Origin: Nitrospirota bacterium | Lineage (GTDB): Bacteria > Nitrospirota > Thermodesulfovibrionia > Thermodesulfovibrionales > UBA1546 | Length of the DNA: 61,849 nt | Assembly (NCBI GenBank): GCA_026387575.1 | Contig: JAPLLK010000036.1 | Coordinates: 1-61,849, forward strand | Direction: 5' to 3' | Shown here: piece after piece, positions 1 to 8,407 of the stretch | Numbering within the stretch: the first letter of the stretch is position 1 | Layout of the letters: each line of letters starts with the position of its first letter | The notes under the pieces: model-generated | Told to the model about the DNA's origin: nothing | The model's database searches: none | The model's input: only the letters and a program-made list of their open reading frames with translations | Program-made: the position numbers and the translations under genes

Positions 1-450
1 TTCAGAGAAGACCTTTATTACCGGCTCAATATAATGGAAATGTATATACCTCCATTGAGAGAGAGACTTGACGATATCAAGCCTCTCAGTTCTTTCTTTC
101 TCAAAAAACACCTTCCGAAGTCTAATAAAAAGATAACCGGATTCACTGATGATGCGATGCATATTCTCATGAACTACAGTTTCCCCGGCAATGTAAGGGA
201 ACTTGAGAATATTATTGAGAGGGCGATCATACTTGAAAAAACCGGGCTTATTACAGCGGAAAGCCTGCCGAGGGCAATCCGTATTCTCCAGATAGACACT
301 TTAGACTCGGAGAAAATATTAACCGTTGATGAGCTTGTCAAAGACTATGCTGAAAAGGTCGTGAAGATGCTGGGAGGGAACCGTTCAAAGGCAGCCGAGG
401 TTCTCGGCATATCAAGAACAAGCCTCTGGAAGATATTGAAGCAAGAATAG
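1..450 (+). CDS. sigma-54-dependent transcriptional activator (NtrC/AtoC family), C-terminal part; the 5' end lies outside the window
   Basis: Frame 1 is open from base 1 (FREDLYYRLNIM...), which is the conserved end of the sigma-54 AAA+ module. It is followed by SFPGNVRELENIIERA and a C-terminal Fis-type HTH (GGNRSKAAEVLGISRTSLWKIL). Clear paralogue of 8404..9741. Confidence 0.85.
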   Translation, partial: FREDLYYRLNIMEMYIPPLRERLDDIKPLSSFFLKKHLPKSNKKITGFTDDAMHILMNYSFPGNVRELENIIERAIILEKTGLITAESLPRAIRILQIDTLDSEKILTVDELVKDYAEKVVKMLGGNRSKAAEVLGISRTSLWKILKQE

Positions 451-457
451 TGTTTAC

Positions 458-476
458 ACTGTTCATATTCTAAACA
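458..476 (+). promoter_or_regulatory. candidate enhancer (UAS) site, copy 1 of the 19-bp direct repeat ACTGTTCATATTCTAAACA
   Basis: Exact 19-mer repeated at 553..571. Contains a TGTT-N9-AACA dyad. Lies about 180 nt upstream of the predicted sigma-54 transcription start. Confidence 0.45.
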
Positions 477-552
477 CATAGCCTCGTTTCCATTCCTATC
501 AGAAATATCCTTTTAATTCAATGAGTTATCTTTTAGTATCTGCATCATCCCA

Positions 553-571
553 ACTGTTCATATTCTAAACA
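553..571 (+). promoter_or_regulatory. candidate enhancer (UAS) site, copy 2 of ACTGTTCATATTCTAAACA
   Basis: Identical to 458..476. Lies about 85 nt upstream of the predicted sigma-54 transcription start. Confidence 0.45.
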
Positions 572-619
572 TAATCCTTTGCCTCATTAATTTATTCTTA
601 TTTATCAAGGTATTACATC

Positions 620-636
620 TGGCATCTATTATGCTT
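620..636 (+). promoter_or_regulatory. candidate sigma-54 (-24/-12) promoter TGGCATCTATTATGCTT
   Basis: GG (621-622) and GC (633-634) have exactly the spacing of the consensus TGGCAC-N5-TTGCW. Located between a bEBP gene and the SD (GGAGG 661..665) and ATG (674) of the next operon. Confidence 0.6.
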
Positions 637-673
637 AATAATCCCTGAGAATCAACAGAAGGAGGTAGTCGCG

Positions 674-1156
674 ATGAAAAAACAGCTTTTATTCGTTACC
701 TATCAAAATGAAGCTCAGGATGAGGGGTTGACTTATGCGATAGACCTCGCAAAGACCCTTGAGGAAGGCATCACGATACTGCTGATCAACAAAAAGAAGC
801 TTGAGCAGCGGTTTGAGGATATCATGGCCGCTGCTGCCTTTGCAGAGGAAGGCGAGCAGGAGACAGCAAGAGAGATTGAACGTGGAAACAATGGCGGTAG
901 TCATGACAAACAAACGAGGGTAATGCTTGAGCAATGTAAAAGCTCCGGCATTGAGGCGAATCTGCAAACAGCACAAGACGGCATTGTTGGGGCTATAAGC
1001 GGTTTTCTTAAGAACAAAACTGCTGTTGACATGGTGCTTTTAAGCCCGAGCATTACGAAAAACGGAAACATGTCTGCAAGAGAACTGCAGAGACTTGTAA
1101 AAACTGCTTTACGACCTGTAGTGACTATAGCAAAACAGGAATTGCAGCACGCATGA
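674..1156 (+). CDS. hypothetical protein, possibly a degenerate universal-stress-protein-like (USP/adenine-nucleotide alpha-hydrolase fold) domain
   Basis: 160-aa ORF with a strong SD. The N-terminal beta-strand pattern (KQLLFVTYQNE...AIDLAK) and the C-terminal VDMVLL...RPVVTI resemble the USP layout, but no ATP-binding G-x2-G-x9-G(S/T) motif is seen. First gene of an operon with two true USP genes. Confidence 0.4.
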   Translation: MKKQLLFVTYQNEAQDEGLTYAIDLAKTLEEGITILLINKKKLEQRFEDIMAAAAFAEEGEQETAREIERGNNGGSHDKQTRVMLEQCKSSGIEANLQTAQDGIVGAISGFLKNKTAVDMVLLSPSITKNGNMSARELQRLVKTALRPVVTIAKQELQHA

Positions 1157-1179
1157 AAATTTAGAGGGAGGTTCAACGA

Positions 1180-2082
1180 ATGTATCTGTACTTACCCGTA
1201 GCATTAACAAGTATTAACATTATCATCCCTATCGGGCTTGGATTGGTGGTAGGTCTGCTATCAGGGCTGTTTGGTGTTGGTGGCGGCTTTCTTATGACCC
1301 CGCTCCTGATAATGTTAGGCATTCCTGCGACAGTGGCAGCTGCAACTGACTCTAACCAGATTGTTGCTGCTTCGACTTCGGGAACATATGCCCACTGGAA
1401 AGTTGGCAACGTGGATTTTAAAATGGGGGTTCACTTACTCATCGGCGGCTTCATCGGCGGTCTCTTCGGTGTTCAGGCCATAAAGATACTCAAGGAGATG
1501 GGGAATGCCGACTTTGTTATAAAAATGACCTATGTCCTGATGCTCGGCATAGTCGGGACATATATGTTTATTGAGAGCATCCATAAGGTTGAAGAGGCAA
1601 AACAGGAAAAAGAGTCGGGAGTTGCAAAACTTCTCAGGTCACTGCCGCTTCAGACGCGATATGAAAAATCCGGAGTGACACACTCGGCTGTCATACCTGT
1701 TGTCTTTGGAGGTTTTGTCGGGATCCTCGCTGCGATTATGGGCGTTGGCGGCGGGTTTCTCATGGTTCCGGTCATGGTCTATATTCTGAGGATGCCGATG
1801 CATGTTGTTGTAGGAACAAGTCTATTCCAGATATTATTCAACTGTATAGAGGTTACATTCCTTCAGGCATACACAAACCACAATGTTGATTTTATCCTTG
1901 CGGTTCTTCTGCTTCTCGGTTCCACAGTGGGAGCACAGGTCGGCGCTGTTTTCGGAAGAAAGCTCAGGGGCGAGCAGCTAAAGATCATCCTTGCGGTAAT
2001 AGTGCTTGTTGTTACCGTAAAGATAATCTTTGAACTTACCCTGACCCCGTCATTGCTTCTATCGCAGGCAGGAGGACACTAA
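1180..2082 (+). CDS. TSUP-family (TauE/SafE, DUF81) anion-exporter-like membrane protein
   Basis: Polytopic 300-aa protein with the duplicated signature GLFGVGGGFLMTPLL / IMGVGGGFLMVPVMVY typical of TauE/SafE permeases. Confidence 0.85.
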   Translation: MYLYLPVALTSINIIIPIGLGLVVGLLSGLFGVGGGFLMTPLLIMLGIPATVAAATDSNQIVAASTSGTYAHWKVGNVDFKMGVHLLIGGFIGGLFGVQAIKILKEMGNADFVIKMTYVLMLGIVGTYMFIESIHKVEEAKQEKESGVAKLLRSLPLQTRYEKSGVTHSAVIPVVFGGFVGILAAIMGVGGGFLMVPVMVYILRMPMHVVVGTSLFQILFNCIEVTFLQAYTNHNVDFILAVLLLLGSTVGAQVGAVFGRKLRGEQLKIILAVIVLVVTVKIIFELTLTPSLLLSQAGGH

Positions 2083-2879
2083 TGAAAATTTCAAATTTCA
2101 AATCTCAAATCTCAAAATTTATTATCGTGGGTATCATGCTGTTAAGTCTGATGACATATTCAGGGGCAGCTTCCGCAGAGCTTACGATTAACGCAAATCA
2201 CGACTATATCACAATAGACTTCTTCTATAACGGAAGCACGGTAAGTGTCAGCGGCTCATCCGACACAGGAACTGATCTGATTATAAAGATCACTGCTTCT
2301 GACGGGCATGAGATACTGAAGCAAAAAGGCAAGGCAGCGGGCTTTCTCTGGATGAACATGGGCACGTTGAAATTCGAGCATGCGCCGAACCTCTATTTCA
2401 TTCATAGCACGAAGAAGATAGATAAGATCCTGAGCAAGGAAGACATGAATAACTATGTCATCGGCTATCCTGCATTGAGCAAATATATTGAGATCACTCC
2501 TGCTTCAAAAGATGAGGAAAGAACAAAATGGTTCGGTGAGTTCATACGCTACAAGGAGGCGTCAAAGCTGTATGCAAGTTCTTCGGAACAGATAAACACC
2601 ACGAATGAAAACAACAGACAAAAATACTATATGAAAACGGATTGGCCGTATCAGGCGCCTCCAGGAGAATATCTTGTCACCGTCTATGCTGTGAAGGATA
2701 AGAAGATTATCGAGAAGGCAGAGACAAAAGTCCTTGTAGAGCAGGTCGGTATTATTAAGATGCTTTCAGGCATGGCCGCGAATAACGGAGCTGTGTATGG
2801 AATAATATCCATTGTTATCGCTCTTGGAGCAGGCTTCGGCGTCGGCATGGTCTTCAGAAAAGGCGGAGGTGCGCATTAA
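2082..2879 (+). CDS. exported, C-terminally membrane-anchored protein of unknown function (architecture and context resemble the TIGR02186-type partner of TauE-like permeases; unverified)
   Basis: ATG overlaps the stop of the TSUP gene (TAATG). N-terminal signal-like segment (FIIVGIMLLSLMTYSGAASA) and a C-terminal TM (VYGIISIVIALGAGFGVGMVF). Confidence 0.55.
   Translation: MKISNFKSQISKFIIVGIMLLSLMTYSGAASAELTINANHDYITIDFFYNGSTVSVSGSSDTGTDLIIKITASDGHEILKQKGKAAGFLWMNMGTLKFEHAPNLYFIHSTKKIDKILSKEDMNNYVIGYPALSKYIEITPASKDEERTKWFGEFIRYKEASKLYASSSEQINTTNENNRQKYYMKTDWPYQAPPGEYLVTVYAVKDKKIIEKAETKVLVEQVGIIKMLSGMAANNGAVYGIISIVIALGAGFGVGMVFRKGGGAH
2086..2113. repeat. heptanucleotide tandem repeat (AAATTTC x2, AAATCTC x2)
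   Basis: Read directly: a|aaatttc|aaatttc|aaatctc|aaatctc|aaaattt. Encodes KISNFKSQISKF at the N-terminus of the 2082..2879 protein. Confidence 0.8.
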
Positions 2880-2881
2880 TC

Positions 2882-3739
2882 ATGTATAAAACACTATTAG
2901 TCGGCTATGACGATTCGAAATACAGCAAGGCAGCGTTAATTGAAGCTGCCAATTGGGTTAAAAGACACGGCGGCAAACTATTCCTTGCCCACGCTGTCTT
3001 CTTTGACACCGAGGAATTCGGCATTGCACCGGAACAGCAGGAAAAGCGCCTGAAGATCGGCGGAAAATTCTGTCAGGAGACAAAAGAGAAAATAGTCTCG
3101 GAGTTCGGCATTGACGCTACTTCGCTCCTCTGCGAAGGAGAACCGCCCGAGGTTATCCTGGATATTGCTGAAGGGAAAAATGCAGACCTCATCGTTATGG
3201 GGACATACGGCAGGCGGGGACTCAACAGGCTGCTTATGGGGAGTGTGACCTCCCGTGTGATAGTAAATTCAAAAGTTGATGTCTTGGTGGTGAAGAAACC
3301 ATGCACAGAATGCACAGGCATCTACAAATCAATTCTCGTCCCTTTTGACGGCTCCGAATTCAGCAAAAAGGCGCTGAGACGCGCATGTCAGTTATCAAAA
3401 GTTGACGGTGCAGATGTAACGGTTCTATACGTAATTCCGCGCTATGAAGAGATGATAGAGTTTTTCAGGACCTCGTCAATACGAAAGAGCATGATGCAGG
3501 AAGCAAAAAAGATACTCGATACAGCTAAGCCTATTGCATCTGCGCAGGGAATTACAGTCAAAACAGAAATCAGGGAGGGCAGCCCTTCGGAAGAGATAGT
3601 CAAGGTATCATCAGGCCTGAAAAACGACCTCATTGTCATCGGAACATACGGATGGCGCGGGGTAAGCAAAGCGATTATGGGGAGCACGACGGAACGGGCG
3701 ATAATGAACGCCAAATGTCCTGTTCTCGTAGTGAGGTAA
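2882..3739 (+). CDS. tandem universal stress protein (two UspA domains)
   Basis: Two USP modules ending in DLIVMGTYGRRGLNRLLMGSVTSRVIVNSKVDVLVVK and DLIVIGTYGWRGVSKAIMGSTTERAIMNAKCPVLVVR. Confidence 0.85.
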   Translation: MYKTLLVGYDDSKYSKAALIEAANWVKRHGGKLFLAHAVFFDTEEFGIAPEQQEKRLKIGGKFCQETKEKIVSEFGIDATSLLCEGEPPEVILDIAEGKNADLIVMGTYGRRGLNRLLMGSVTSRVIVNSKVDVLVVKKPCTECTGIYKSILVPFDGSEFSKKALRRACQLSKVDGADVTVLYVIPRYEEMIEFFRTSSIRKSMMQEAKKILDTAKPIASAQGITVKTEIREGSPSEEIVKVSSGLKNDLIVIGTYGWRGVSKAIMGSTTERAIMNAKCPVLVVR

Positions 3740-3744
3740 AACAG

Positions 3745-4161
3745 ATGAAAGGATATAGAAAAATACTGATAGCGGTAAACGGAGCAAAGAATGTTCTTGC
3801 CGAGGGGCTTAAGCTTGCAGGAGATGAGCAATGCTGGGTTACTGTCGTTAAGGTCATACCGCCGAATGAGGGAGAGCTTAACCTTACTGGCATTAAGAAT
3901 ATAGAAGATGTCCTTGACAGCGGAGGTGAGAGAGCGATAGCAGAGTTTAAGGATATTGCAGAGGGTGAAAGAACGCTCATTAAAACGAGGCTTGAAGAAG
4001 GCAAGACCCATGAGAGGATAATTGAAGTCGCTGAAGAGGAAAGATGCGACCTTATTATCCTCGGCGCTCAGAAAAAGAAAAATCGCCTGTTAAAAATCTT
4101 CGGCGGCAATACAATTGAAAAAGTCATTCAAGAAGCCCCCTGCCCTGTGCTTGTGGTTTGA
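3745..4161 (+). CDS. universal stress protein (single UspA domain)
   Basis: In-frame ATG at 3745 gives MKGYRKILIAVNG..., a typical USP N-terminus. C-terminal DLIILGAQKK...GGNTIEKVIQEAPCPVLVV. The longer ORF from 3652 would overlap the previous gene by 88 nt. Confidence 0.8.
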   Translation: MKGYRKILIAVNGAKNVLAEGLKLAGDEQCWVTVVKVIPPNEGELNLTGIKNIEDVLDSGGERAIAEFKDIAEGERTLIKTRLEEGKTHERIIEVAEEERCDLIILGAQKKKNRLLKIFGGNTIEKVIQEAPCPVLVV

Positions 4162-4245
4162 ACTTAACCTCCATTATAAGGTGGACAGATTTCTTATATT
4201 TCAGTTAAACTTTAATAAGCAAGAAAAATGAAGGTTAAGTAAGTT

Positions 4246-6174
4246 TTGAACGCTATATTTTTAAAGCAATTTTTCCCCAAGAGCCGCTTTGCCTGCGTGT
4301 ATTTGTTCTTTGCTGTATTCGTAGCACTGTCCTTTATAACGAGGACGATTCTGCTTGCTAAATCGCTGCCTGTTATCGATCTGACGCCATGGCTTTTAAT
4401 TAAGATTTATGGTGTAGGCCTCTTCTTTGATATTGTTGCAGCGGCCTATTTTTCACTTCCTATGGTTCTTTACCTGACTGTTATCCCTGACAAAATTTAC
4501 CAAAACAGGTTCCATAAGCCTTTTATCTATTTTTCATTTTTCGTTATTCTGTATCTGCTTTTCTTCAACGGCGCTGCAGAATACTTTTTCTTTGATGAAT
4601 TCGGCGTAAGGTTCAATTTCATTGCTGTGGACTATCTCATCTATACACGGGAAGTCGTAAAAAATATTACGGAATCTTATCCCATGCCTGCTATATTGAC
4701 CGGAATCGCAGTTATATCACTAATGACCTTTATGTCTCTCAGGAAACTGCTTGATTTATCTATATCGGTAAAGAGCAGCTTAAGACAGAGAATGAAGATT
4801 GGTTTAGTATTTATGGCTGTTCCTATACTTTCATATGCCTTTGTCGATCTGGGTCTCGCCAAAATATCCGCCAACAACTATGCAAATGAACTCTCTGCTA
4901 ACGGCATCTACAGCCTCTTTGCGGCATTTAAGAACAACGAGATAAACTACGAGACATTTTATGCAACAAGAGACAATAGGACAGTCTTACAAAAAGCAAG
5001 ATTCCTTCTGAAGGAGAATAACAACTATTTTGTCAATGATAATATTTTCGATGTTACAAGAGAGATTAAAAATGCAGGCGAAGAAAAAAAACTCAATGTG
5101 GTGGTCATAGTTGAGGAAAGCCTAAGCTCAGAATTCCTCGGAGTTTTCGGCAACAAAAATAATCTTACTCCGACCCTCGACAGGCTTGCAAAGGAAAGCC
5201 TCTTATTTACTAACGTACACGCCACAGGAACAAGGACAGACCGGGGGCTTGAAGCCGTTACCCTGTCGGTTCCACCGACTCCCGGCAGGTCTATTGTGAA
5301 ACGGCCAAACAACGAGAATATGTTCTCGTGGGGCTCGATTATGAGGATCAGGGGCTATGATACTATGTTTATTTATGGCGGTTATGGATATTTCGACAAT
5401 ATGAACTACTTTTTTAGTCATAATGGATTCAATGTAAGCGACAGGACAGACCTTGCCAAGAACGAAATTATTTTTGAGAATGCATGGGGAGTAAGCGACG
5501 AGGATCTGTTTAATAAATCCATCAAAGAGTTCAGCAAGTCTTACAAAAACAATAAACCCTTCTTTGCGCTCATCATGACAACCTCCAACCATAGGCCATA
5601 TACCTATCCTGAAGGGAGGATAGACATCCCATCCCATTCCGGAAGAAATGGCGCGATAAAATATGCAGACTATGCCATCGGGAAGCTCATCAACGACGCA
5701 CAGAAAGAATCATGGTTTAAAGATACCGTCTTTGTCATAGTAGCCGACCACTGCGCCGGCTCCGCGGGAAAGGCTTCACTGCCTGTTAACCGGTATGAAA
5801 TCCCCCTTCTAATCTATTCCCCATCGCATTTTACACCGCAGAGGATAGATAAGCTGGCGAGTCAAATAGATATTGCTCCTACTGTTTTAGGACTTTTAAA
5901 CTTCAGTTATAAGACTAAATTTTTCGGCAAGGATATTCTGAAGATGCAGCCGGAACAGGAAAGGGCGCTCATTGGAACGTATCAGAAGCTCGGCTATATA
6001 AAGAATGACAGGCTTACGGTCCTTGATATAAAGAAAAAAGGCACAGTGTATCAATTCGACAGGCGCAGCGGTGAGATAAAAGAATTATCACCAGACCAGA
6101 ACCTGCTGGATGAGGCTATCAGCTATTATCAAGTCGCCAACTATTTATTTGAGCATGGGTTAAACAGATTTTGA
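4246..6174 (+). CDS. LTA-synthase / phosphoglycerol-transferase-like membrane sulfatase-family protein (alkaline-phosphatase superfamily)
   Basis: Five N-terminal TM helices followed by an extracytoplasmic domain with VVIVEESLSSEFLG, TSNHRPY and VIVADHCAG, as in LtaS/MdoB-type enzymes. TTG start as given by the ORF track; the start is uncertain. Confidence 0.78.
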   Translation: MNAIFLKQFFPKSRFACVYLFFAVFVALSFITRTILLAKSLPVIDLTPWLLIKIYGVGLFFDIVAAAYFSLPMVLYLTVIPDKIYQNRFHKPFIYFSFFVILYLLFFNGAAEYFFFDEFGVRFNFIAVDYLIYTREVVKNITESYPMPAILTGIAVISLMTFMSLRKLLDLSISVKSSLRQRMKIGLVFMAVPILSYAFVDLGLAKISANNYANELSANGIYSLFAAFKNNEINYETFYATRDNRTVLQKARFLLKENNNYFVNDNIFDVTREIKNAGEEKKLNVVVIVEESLSSEFLGVFGNKNNLTPTLDRLAKESLLFTNVHATGTRTDRGLEAVTLSVPPTPGRSIVKRPNNENMFSWGSIMRIRGYDTMFIYGGYGYFDNMNYFFSHNGFNVSDRTDLAKNEIIFENAWGVSDEDLFNKSIKEFSKSYKNNKPFFALIMTTSNHRPYTYPEGRIDIPSHSGRNGAIKYADYAIGKLINDAQKESWFKDTVFVIVADHCAGSAGKASLPVNRYEIPLLIYSPSHFTPQRIDKLASQIDIAPTVLGLLNFSYKTKFFGKDILKMQPEQERALIGTYQKLGYIKNDRLTVLDIKKKGTVYQFDRRSGEIKELSPDQNLLDEAISYYQVANYLFEHGLNRF

Positions 6175-6229
6175 GGATATAGCGCTTATACTATAATCCG
6201 TATAATCTACGGGGAAGGAGGTAATAACT

Positions 6230-6403
6230 ATGTTTGGTCTTGGTTTACCTGAAGTAATGGTTGTCCTTGTTATCGCCCTTGTGCTGTTCGGGCCGAGCAA
6301 GCTCCCATCCCTCGGCAAGAGCCTTGGTGAGGCAATAAGGGGGTTTAAAAAGGGCCTTGAACAAGAATCGGCGGAAGAGAAAAAGAAGGTAGAAGAAAAA
6401 TAA
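6230..6403 (+). CDS. tatA: twin-arginine translocase subunit TatA/E
   Basis: 57-aa ORF absent from the supplied track (too short): MFGLGLPEVMVVLVIALVLFGPSKLPSLGKSLGEAIRGFKKGLEQESAEEKKKVEEK. SD GGAGG 6216..6220. Canonical TatA TM segment plus FGP hinge plus amphipathic helix. Confidence 0.85.
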   Translation: MFGLGLPEVMVVLVIALVLFGPSKLPSLGKSLGEAIRGFKKGLEQESAEEKKKVEEK

Positions 6404-6406
6404 TCA

Positions 6407-6799
6407 GTGATGCCTGAAGATAAACAATTTCCGAATGTCCGCAATCGCCGTGTGCACATGGCCAATGAGAGGACATTCCTTGCCTGGATAAGAACCAGCA
6501 TAGGGATAATGGCCTTTGGTTTTGTTGTTGAGAGATTTTCAATCTTTGTTAAGCAGGTATCCTATTTTTTGGGCAAGGAGGTTTCACTTCCTTCCAGAGG
6601 CTATTCAGCCATACTCGGCATATCCCTTGTTGCCCTTGGCGCACTGATGGGTGTGCTTTCGTTCGTCAGATATAAGAAGGTCGAGAGGCAGATAGATGAA
6701 GATACATACCAGCCCTCAATGATTCTTGACATAATGCTCGCATTGGCAGTTCTTGTCATAGGTATTTTTCTTGTGAGTTACCTTATCTACAGTATCTGA
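6407..6799 (+). CDS. DUF202 / YidH-family small membrane protein
   Basis: MANERTFLAWIRTSIGIMAFGFVVERF signature followed by further TM helices. Confidence 0.72.
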   Translation: MMPEDKQFPNVRNRRVHMANERTFLAWIRTSIGIMAFGFVVERFSIFVKQVSYFLGKEVSLPSRGYSAILGISLVALGALMGVLSFVRYKKVERQIDEDTYQPSMILDIMLALAVLVIGIFLVSYLIYSI

Positions 6800-6856
6800 A
6801 TGTTGTTTCGCTTGAGGTTTTCATTTTTCAATCCATTGGTGATAATATAGGGCAGT

Positions 6857-8407
6857 ATGTCCCTTGAACGAAAGATAATTCTCAGTTTTGTCATCAGCGC
6901 AACGATTATTGCCGTTTTCGCGGTCTCATCATATGTGAATTTTCTGGAAGTTAGAAAAGAGATTCGCTATCTTGAGCTTGCCGATACTGTCCGGAGCAAA
7001 TCCCTCCAGTTGAGAAGGCATGAGAAGAACTTTTTCCTTTATGGAGATTCAAGGGAGATTGAAGAGGTGCATACATACCTCAGAGACCTGAAGACGACCC
7101 TCGAACAGGGGAGAAAAAGCTATAACACGGAAAAACTCCTTGGCCTCGAAAACAAGATTGATGAATACAGCCTGAGGTTCAGCAGGATAGAGGTTATTTA
7201 TCGGGATTTTCTTAAGAACTTCTCAGGGCTTAAACCGCTGGGGAAGGAATATTCTTTGTTTTTCCCCTTGATAGAATCCACATTTCTCGAAAGGCCGCTT
7301 GTAAATGCCGCGTTAATAGGAAAGATATTCTCTTTGAAGCTGGGCAGCCCTGTAATAGCGGGATTGAGGGAGTTGAACGATGAGATTGCCAGTCTTAGGA
7401 AAAATGGCGAAGAGATACTTACGCTGTCAAAAGACCTTGACAGGTCAGCGCGGGAGAAGGCAGAAAGGGCGATAAGCCTGTCACAGACAGCGGCGCTTGT
7501 TTTGTTCCCATTGTTTTTAATTTCCGGGCTTACAGCGCTTTTTGTGATTAGCCACAGCGTTGTAAAGCGTCTGAAGATACTCACAACCGCAATAGAAAAA
7601 ACCGGCAAAGGAGATTTCTTATCCCTTCCGGTTCCGGGAAAACACGATGAGGTAGGAGTTCTAATAAAAGCATTCAACAAGATGGAGACTGACCTTATTG
7701 AAAGGGATGAGGAACTGAGCAGGAAGAACGAAGAGCTTCTTCAGAGCAGGAAGCTCGCATCAATCGGCACGCTCGCATCAGGCGTTGCCCATGAGCTGAA
7801 TAATCCATTGAACAACATCTATCTTGCTGCGCAGATACTTTCAAGGGAGATAGGGCATGAGACATGCCCCCCGCTGGTCAAAGAAACTGTCGGCGATATA
7901 TCTTCGCAAACACTCAGGGTAAAAAGAATTGTCAGCGACCTTCTTGAGTTCGCAAGGGAGAAAGCGCCTGAACTTAAGAAGATTAATATCATAGATATCA
8001 TAAGAGGCGTGATTGAGCAGATGAAGGCATCAGGAGAGATTGACGGGATGAAGTGCGGTTTTATTTCAGAGGATATAATTGAACTGTCCGCTGACAGGCA
8101 TCTGATGGAACAACTTTTTATAAACCTCTTCACTAATGCAAGGGATGCGATGAAGGCTAACGGACTGCTTAAGATAGAGGTGCATCCACTGGATAACGAT
8201 GTCAGGATTATAGTATCAGACACCGGCAAAGGAATTCCCGTGTCTGATATCCCGAGGATATTTGACCCGTTCTTTACGACAAAGGACAGGGGTACGGGTT
8301 TGGGACTTGCGATTGTTTACAGTATAATAAAAAAGCATAATGGAAAGATTAAGGTGAAAAGCGAGGAGGACAAAGGCACAACATTTACAATAACCCTGCC
8401 AAAATGA
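6857..8407 (+). CDS. sensor histidine kinase (TM-HAMP-HisKA-HATPase)
   Basis: Two TM segments, a HAMP-like linker (GDFLSLPVPGKHDEVGVLIKAFNKM), H-box GVAHELNNPLNNI, and G-boxes DTGKGIP / GTGLGLAIVYSIIKKHNG. Overlaps the next gene by 4 nt. Confidence 0.9.
   Translation: MSLERKIILSFVISATIIAVFAVSSYVNFLEVRKEIRYLELADTVRSKSLQLRRHEKNFFLYGDSREIEEVHTYLRDLKTTLEQGRKSYNTEKLLGLENKIDEYSLRFSRIEVIYRDFLKNFSGLKPLGKEYSLFFPLIESTFLERPLVNAALIGKIFSLKLGSPVIAGLRELNDEIASLRKNGEEILTLSKDLDRSAREKAERAISLSQTAALVLFPLFLISGLTALFVISHSVVKRLKILTTAIEKTGKGDFLSLPVPGKHDEVGVLIKAFNKMETDLIERDEELSRKNEELLQSRKLASIGTLASGVAHELNNPLNNIYLAAQILSREIGHETCPPLVKETVGDISSQTLRVKRIVSDLLEFAREKAPELKKINIIDIIRGVIEQMKASGEIDGMKCGFISEDIIELSADRHLMEQLFINLFTNARDAMKANGLLKIEVHPLDNDVRIIVSDTGKGIPVSDIPRIFDPFFTTKDRGTGLGLAIVYSIIKKHNGKIKVKSEEDKGTTFTITLPK

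Noticed and set aside
689-1176. Antisense ORFs 689..976 and 901..1176. The same applies to many others in the track, for example 8487..9119, 25192..25764, 31510..32448, 42356..43006 and 53585..53956.
   Set aside because: They lie fully inside and opposite to longer ORFs with clear family motifs. Their translations are Ser/Cys/Leu/Arg-rich shadow frames with no recognisable domains.
3652-3744. N-terminal extension of the third USP gene (ORF track start at 3652).
   Set aside because: It would overlap the preceding USP gene by 88 nt. The in-frame ATG at 3745 gives a canonical USP N-terminus (MKGYRKILIAVNG).
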